A stretch of 64,000 nucleotides of DNA from assembly GCA_963613135.1 (NCBI GenBank), contig CAVDXU010000003.1, forward strand, positions 65,450 to 129,449, in the 5' to 3' direction. A model generated the notes under the pieces. That model saw only the letters and a program-made list of their open reading frames with translations. It was not told the origin of the DNA and ran no database searches. The stretch's first letter is position 1. Every line of letters begins with the position of its first letter. The translations under genes and the position numbers were made by a program. This document shows positions 56,848-64,000 of the stretch, in pieces. The stretch is from a bacterium (GTDB lineage Bacteria; Actinomycetota; Coriobacteriia; Coriobacteriales; Eggerthellaceae).

Positions 56848-56941
56848 TGCAACCTCCTTCTTTCAGAACCGAACACGCAACGTGCCTTGACGCATCCCAT
56901 CTTGCCACCTTGGCAGGAATCGAATCGTGCGATGAGCCATT

Positions 56942-56992
56942 GTTAACGGAGCGGGAAACGGGTTGTAACGCATGCGAATCACTGGTGTTACA
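56942..56992 (-). promoter_or_regulatory. Putative actinobacterial GlnR-type boxes upstream of amtB
   Basis: Minus strand GTAAC-N6-GATTC-N6-GTTAC at 11-bp period, resembling gTnAc-n6-GaAAc. Confidence 0.55.
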
Positions 56993-57098
56993 ATGTCGAA
57001 ATAGAGGTTTGTTTTTTGCATTGTGCCTGTTCGAAACAGAGTTGAAACGCCAGATAGGCATTTAGGCCGCCCCTTGGACGGCAATGAAAGGAAGTGCC

Positions 57099-57605
57099 AT
57101 GGAAGTCACGTTCGCCCCCATCACCACCGAGCAGGACCAGAAGGCTTTAGCGAAGCTGGCCGGCGAGATCTGGCATGAATACTGGCCCGCGCTCATCGGG
57201 CCCGAGCAAACCGACTACATGGTCGAGAACTTCCAGAGCCTTGCCGCCATCAAGCGCGACATGGCCGAGAACGCCTATGAATATTGGTTCGTCGTTGACG
57301 AAGCCGGCAAAACGGTCGGCTACACCGGCGGGCACGAAGAGCCCGAGACCAGCCGCTTCTTCATCTCGAAAATCTACCTTTTGGCCGAGGAGCGCGGCAA
57401 GCACTACGCTTCACAGGTGATCGCCTTCTACACAACGCTATGCCGCAACCGCGATTTGCACAGCATGTATTTGACGGTGAACAAGCACAACGAGCTAGGC
57501 ATCCGCGCTTATCTGGGCAAAGGATTCGTCACCATCGAGTCGGTGGAAACCGACATCGGCAACGGCTTCATCATGGATGACTACGTTATGGAGAAGGAAG
57601 CCTAA
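57099..57605 (+). CDS. GNAT family N-acetyltransferase
   Basis: FISKIYL...RG...A, LTVNKHN..I.AY...GF, MDDYVMEK. Confidence 0.9.
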   Translation: MEVTFAPITTEQDQKALAKLAGEIWHEYWPALIGPEQTDYMVENFQSLAAIKRDMAENAYEYWFVVDEAGKTVGYTGGHEEPETSRFFISKIYLLAEERGKHYASQVIAFYTTLCRNRDLHSMYLTVNKHNELGIRAYLGKGFVTIESVETDIGNGFIMDDYVMEKEA

Positions 57606-57761
57606 AGCACCTCGGGCAAATGCATGCGCACCGCATACGAGTTGCTCGTCGAATAGCGGCGGAAGGCGCCTCGGGCAAATGGGCCTAGCCCATCGTCGAA
57701 TAGCGGCGGGAACGGCGATGCGCAACGCAGGCAAGCCGCAAGCCGCTAGCCTGCGTTGCGC

Positions 57762-59651
57762 CTAGAGTTCCGCAAAGCGCGCCTTGACGGCTTTCGCTAT
57801 TCCTTCGGCATCGAGGCCCAGATCGTGCAGAAGCATGTTTACCGATCCTTGCGTGACGAACTCGTCGTCGATGCCGAGCGTCATCGCGGGCGTATGCAAG
57901 CCCATGGCCGCCATTTCACCGAGCACGCCTTCACCGACACCGCCGGCGACAACCCCGCCCTCGACGGTAACCACCAGCTTGGTTTCAGCGGCTTGGGCAA
58001 TAGCGCTTTTGTCAAGCGGCTTGACCCAGCGCATGTCGACGACGCGCGCGCTGATTCCCTGATCAGCAAGCAGCTCCGCCGCGGCCTTCGCCTGCGCGAC
58101 CATACGGCCGAACGCCAAAATGGCAGCGTCGTCGCCTTCGCGCACCACGCGCGACTTGCCTTCGGGAAGCACTTCGGGAGCCTCAGGCAACGGCACGCCT
58201 TCCGCCTCGCCACGCGGATAGCGCACTGCGAACGGGCCTCCCATTTGCAATGCGGTATGCAAGCCGTTCACCAACTCAGCTTCGTCGGAAGGGGCGAGCA
58301 CGCGCATGTTGGGAATCATGCGCGCGTACACCAGATCAAACACGCCATGATGCGTTGGGCCATCGGCGCCGACTATGCCGGCGCGGTCGATGGCGAACAC
58401 CACGTCGAGCTTCGGCAACGCCACGTTGATGATCATCTGATCGATCGCGCGCTGCAAAAACGTTGAGTAGATGGCGACGACCGGCTTGCGCCCGCCAGCC
58501 GCCAATCCGCCCGCGAAGCCCACCGCATGCTCCTCGGCGATACCGGTGTCGATGAAACGATCGGGGAACTGCTCGGCAAACGCGTCGAGGCCGGTACCGC
58601 CCTTCATGGCGGCCGTTATCGCAACGATGCGATCGTCGGCCTTCGCCTCGGCCACCAGGGCGTCCCCGAAAACATTGGTGTATTTCGGGGCCGAAGGCTT
58701 GCCCGACTTCACCACCTCGCCTGTAGCAATATTGTACGGGGAGATGCCGTGGAACTTCTCAGGGTTACGGCGTGCAGGCGTGTACCCCTCTCCCTTCCGC
58801 GTGACCACATGCATGAGGACCGGGCCGTCGGCGTTTAACACGGTGCGCAGCATTTCGCGCAGCTGGCCGATGTTGTGCCCATCAAGCGGCGTGGTGCATA
58901 CGATACCGAGCTGCTCGAAAATCATGGAGTGCGGAATGACGAACTGCTTCAGCGACTCCTTCATGTTGCGCCCAAGGCTTGTGATGGCCTTTCCCATAGG
59001 CCCGGAGCTTTCCAAATGCTCCTGCACGTTGTCGCGTGCCTGGCGATATTGCGCCGATGCGCGCATGGAGCCAAGGTGCTTCATGAGCGCGCCGACGTTA
59101 TGCGAGATGGACATCTCGTTGTCGTTGAGGATGACGACCATCGGGGTTTGCGCCTGGCCGATGTTGTTCAACGCCTCGAAGGCCATGCCGCCCGACAAGG
59201 ACGCATCACCGATAAGCGCGACCACCTTTTCGTCGGTACCTGCCATATCGCGCGCCTGCGCAAGACCGAGCGCGACGGATAGCGAATCGGATGCATGACC
59301 CGAAAAGTGGACGTCATAGGGGCTTTCGGTCGGTTTCGGGAACCCGGATATGCCGCCATAGGTTCGCAGCGTCTCGAACCCGGGAAGGCGACCCGTTACC
59401 AATTTATGCGCGTAGGCCTGGTGCCCGACATCGAACACGATTTTGTCGGTCGGGCAATCAAGTTCCGCGTGCAGCGCAAGGATGATCTCAACCGCCCCGA
59501 GAGATGAGGCGACGTGCCCGCCCGTCTTAGAGGTGGTCGCAACGATTTCTTGGCGAATTTCGCCCGCCAATATGGAGAGCTCCTCGTTGGAGAGGAGCTT
59601 CAAATCAGCCGGAGAGGAAATCATATCGAGTATGCGCTGTTTACCGCTCAT
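57762..59651 (-). CDS. dxs: 1-deoxy-D-xylulose-5-phosphate synthase
   Basis: GGH..SLG, FDVGHQAY.HK, GDASL.GGMAFEALN, LNDNEMSI, DGPTHHG, RYPRG. Confidence 0.97.
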   Translation of the reverse strand: MSGKQRILDMISSPADLKLLSNEELSILAGEIRQEIVATTSKTGGHVASSLGAVEIILALHAELDCPTDKIVFDVGHQAYAHKLVTGRLPGFETLRTYGGISGFPKPTESPYDVHFSGHASDSLSVALGLAQARDMAGTDEKVVALIGDASLSGGMAFEALNNIGQAQTPMVVILNDNEMSISHNVGALMKHLGSMRASAQYRQARDNVQEHLESSGPMGKAITSLGRNMKESLKQFVIPHSMIFEQLGIVCTTPLDGHNIGQLREMLRTVLNADGPVLMHVVTRKGEGYTPARRNPEKFHGISPYNIATGEVVKSGKPSAPKYTNVFGDALVAEAKADDRIVAITAAMKGGTGLDAFAEQFPDRFIDTGIAEEHAVGFAGGLAAGGRKPVVAIYSTFLQRAIDQMIINVALPKLDVVFAIDRAGIVGADGPTHHGVFDLVYARMIPNMRVLAPSDEAELVNGLHTALQMGGPFAVRYPRGEAEGVPLPEAPEVLPEGKSRVVREGDDAAILAFGRMVAQAKAAAELLADQGISARVVDMRWVKPLDKSAIAQAAETKLVVTVEGGVVAGGVGEGVLGEMAAMGLHTPAMTLGIDDEFVTQGSVNMLLHDLGLDAEGIAKAVKARFAEL

Positions 59652-59668
59652 GCACTGCCTTTCGAACG

Positions 59669-60004
59669 TTAGGCGGAATGACCGTCGCCCTGCCCGGATT
59701 CACTGGACACATCCGCCGAATCGTCCGCTTCAGCATACTCCATATTGTCGGGATTGGGCAAAGGCGATTCCGTTTGCGGCGCCTGTTCGTTGGCAAGCGC
59801 ATCCTGCTTGGCCAGCACTTCGGCGATGCGGCTCTCGTCAATGCCCTCTTCCAACAGATCGCTCGCCCGAAGTCCCAGGCCAACGGCCTCTTCGTAAAGG
59901 TTGAGCGCCTCATCGAGGGACAGTTCGTCGCTACCGACGGCTTCGACTATCTCATCGAGCCTGCCTTGAACGGACTCGAACGATTCGTAGGATTCGTACG
60001 CCAT
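59669..60004 (-). CDS. xseB: Exodeoxyribonuclease VII small subunit with acidic tail
   Basis: SFE....RLDEIV....S.ELSLDEAL.LYEEAV.L. Confidence 0.88.
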   Translation of the reverse strand: MAYESYESFESVQGRLDEIVEAVGSDELSLDEALNLYEEAVGLGLRASDLLEEGIDESRIAEVLAKQDALANEQAPQTESPLPNPDNMEYAEADDSADVSSESGQGDGHSA

Positions 60005-60019
60005 GACGATAAGCCTTGT

Positions 60020-60505
60020 CTAGACGAGCGGTTGCGCCGGATCGTCGAGAGTCGGCTTCGAGTCCTGCGGTTGCGAAGCTGCATCCGCGGCCTCGATGTC
60101 CTTGGCGATACGGCCGAGAACGCCGTTGACGAACCGCGAGGAGTCATCCTCGCCGCCAAAATCTTTCGCCAGCTCGACGGCCTCGTTGATGGAAACGGAA
60201 ACCGGCACATCGTCGACGAACTTCATCTCGTAGACGGCCAAGCGCAGAATCGAACGGTCGACGATGGGCATGCGGCCCAGCGACCAGTTCTCGGCAGCGG
60301 CACGCAGCGAGCTATCGATGATGGCGCGCTGCTCTTCGACACCGCGCACCAGGGCGAGCGCGTAATCGGACATCGGACCTTCTTCGGTCGGGAACGACCC
60401 CGATTCGGCCACCTGCACTGCGGAGGTGCCGGTGATCTCGCCGGTGTAGAGCACTTGCAGCGCAACGCGGCGCGCAACGGTTCTCTCGTGTCTCTTCGAT
60501 GCCAT
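60020..60505 (-). CDS. nusB: Transcription antitermination factor NusB
   Basis: ARR.ALQ.LY, W.L.RM..VDR.ILR, VSINEAVELAK.FG, FVNGVLG. Confidence 0.95.
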   Translation of the reverse strand: MASKRHERTVARRVALQVLYTGEITGTSAVQVAESGSFPTEEGPMSDYALALVRGVEEQRAIIDSSLRAAAENWSLGRMPIVDRSILRLAVYEMKFVDDVPVSVSINEAVELAKDFGGEDDSSRFVNGVLGRIAKDIEAADAASQPQDSKPTLDDPAQPLV

Positions 60506-60665
60506 GGGCTGTATTTCCTTCGTCTTCTTCGATTTCGTCTCGTTCGTCAATCGGTTGTCTGCCGCTTAGCTTCACCAAGCATTGCGGTAAACGCAAATTC
60601 GCAGCGTTTGCGGCCTGATTGCACCTGCAAAGAGGCGCTCATCGCAAACGCTGCGAAATAATGAG

Positions 60666-61019
60666 TTAGTTCTTGAATTGGATGCCGTCGATGTAGACGT
60701 CAACGGAGCTGACCGTCGTGCCTACCTGACTTACGACCGCATCGGCCACCGCAGAGCGCACGTTTGCCGCGACGTCGGGCAGCGCATAGCCGTAATAGGC
60801 CTCGATGCGAACCGAAACCTGCAGCTTGCCGTCCTCGTCGGCGGTAACTTCGATGCCTTGCAGCGGGGACTTCGGGCCGAGCACCGTGCGGATGACGCTG
60901 TTCGCGGGGTTTGCCGAGCCGACGCAGGCAACGCCGTCAACATCGGCAACGGCTATGGAAACAACGGTTTCGACGACGCCGGGCGCAACCGCCATGCCTT
61001 CAATATTCAGATCGCTCAT
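60666..61019 (-). CDS. Asp23/Gls24 family envelope stress protein
   Basis: V.P.VV...V..A...V.GV, YG..LP.VA..V...V, VDVYIDGI; accC-asp23-nusB synteny. Confidence 0.88.
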   Translation of the reverse strand: MSDLNIEGMAVAPGVVETVVSIAVADVDGVACVGSANPANSVIRTVLGPKSPLQGIEVTADEDGKLQVSVRIEAYYGYALPDVAANVRSAVADAVVSQVGTTVSSVDVYIDGIQFKN

Positions 61020-62367
61020 AGGACATCTCCCATCTGGGTCTCGATGAAGTCGGTCGTAGCTTCGCCGGCGCAGAATACCTCGTTGTCAAGCACGCGACGA
61101 TGGAACGGCAGCGTGGTTTGTATGCCCTCGATGACGAACTCGTCGAGGGCGCGGCGCGCACGGGCCAGGCATTCCTCGCGGTCTTGACCGGAAACGATGA
61201 GCTTGGCGACCATCGAATCGTAATACGGGCTGATCTTCGTGCCGGTGTGCACGTAGGTTTCGATGCGCACGCCCGGGCCCGACGGGGGCTCGAAGCGCGT
61301 GACGGTGCCGGGGCACGGACGGAAGCCATGCTCGGGGTCCTCGGCGTTGATGCGGAACTCCATCGCATGGCCGAACGGGCTGAACGGTGCGCGGCTCGCG
61401 CAGCTCATCGGCTCGCCGGAAGCGATGCGCAGCTGCTCTTTGATGATGTCGGTGCCGGTAATTTGCTCGGAAACCGGGTGCTCGACCTGCACGCGCGTGT
61501 TCATTTCCATGAAGTAGAACTTGTTGTCGGGCGCGAGCAGGAACTCGATGGTTCCGGCATTGCGGTAGTCGACCGCGCGCACGGCCTTGATGGCCGCCAC
61601 GCCCATGGCGCGACGAAGGTCGTCGGTCAGAGCCGGCGAGGGAGCTTCCTCGATGAGCTTCTGGTGGCGACGTTGCACCGAGCAGTCGCGCTCGCAAAGG
61701 GCGACGTTGTTGCCGAAATCGTCGGCAAGCACCTGCACCTCGACGTGGCGGGGGCGCAGCACGAGCTTTTCCAGGTACACCTCGTCGTTGGCGAACGCGG
61801 CCCCAGCCTCGGCGCGGGCGGCCTTGTAGCTGGACTCAAGGTCGGCAGGATCGTGTACCTCGCGCATGCCCTTGCCGCCGCCGCCGGCCGTTGCCTTGAT
61901 GAGCACGGGGTAGCCGACGCGATCGGCGAACGCGCGCGCTTCCTCGACGGTGTCGATGCAGCCGTCGGAGCCGGGCACGGTGGGGACGCCGCACGACTTC
62001 ATGGTTTCACGAGCCGAGGACTTGTCGCCCATGCGCTCGATGCATTCCGGCGCAGGGCCGATGAAGACGATGTCGTTGTCGGCGCATGCGCGGGCGAAGT
62101 CGGCGTTTTCGGCCAAGAAGCCGTAACCAGGATGGATGGCATCGGCGCCCGTGATCTGCGCAGCACCGATAATGTTCTGCATGACAAGATAGCTTTTGTT
62201 TGCCTGAGCAGGGCCGATGCACACCTTCTCATCAGCATACTGCACCGGATAGGTGTTCTCATCCTCGGTGGAATACACCGCGACGGTTTTCACGCCAAGC
62301 TCTTTGCAAGCGCGCATGACGCGCAAAGCCACCTCGCCTCGATTGGCGATGAGGACTTTCTTAAACA

Positions 62368-62368
<1 letters not shown>
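61016..62368 (-). CDS. accC: Biotin carboxylase
   Basis: IANRGEVA, HPGYGFLAEN, GGGGKGMR, ERDCSVQRRHQK, EMNTRVQVEH, YDSMVAKL. Confidence 0.96.

Positions 62369-64000
<1,632 letters not shown>

Overview
High-GC chromosomal window. Gene content and order suggest Actinomycetota, most likely Coriobacteriia/Eggerthellaceae (inference). It is mostly housekeeping: rlmI-like methyltransferase, aspS, hisS, leuBCD, ppx, ftsB-like, thrC, recN, uvrB, coaE, rpsA, amtB-glnK, dxs, xseB, nusB, accC, a carboxyltransferase-BCCP fusion, tRNA-Leu(TAA) and tRNA-Val(TAC). Two accessory-type blocks stand out. (1) An iron-uptake locus, feoA-feoA-feoB / Cys-rich peptide / DtxR-family regulator, hides a candidate ~165-nt non-coding RNA (about 18084-18251, minus strand). 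It has a near-consensus promoter overlapped by a DtxR-type operator and three hairpins with C/U-rich loops, one of which can form a 16-bp duplex with the feoA ribosome-binding site. (2) A ~20-kb co-oriented double Tad/Flp pilus locus (24744-45041) has two CpaB-TadA-TadB-TadC sets, one canonical and one non-canonical (Q+5) pilin family, and a single prepilin peptidase with an apparent helicase-associated (HA) domain insertion. It also encodes a TadG-like protein with a Zn-finger-like motif and ends in a Tat-exported multidomain protein. A strong internal Shine-Dalgarno + GTG in the carboxylase gene may produce a stand-alone AccB. No integrase, transposase, phage genes or CRISPR array were seen. 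All calls are by-eye motif recognition; no searches were run.
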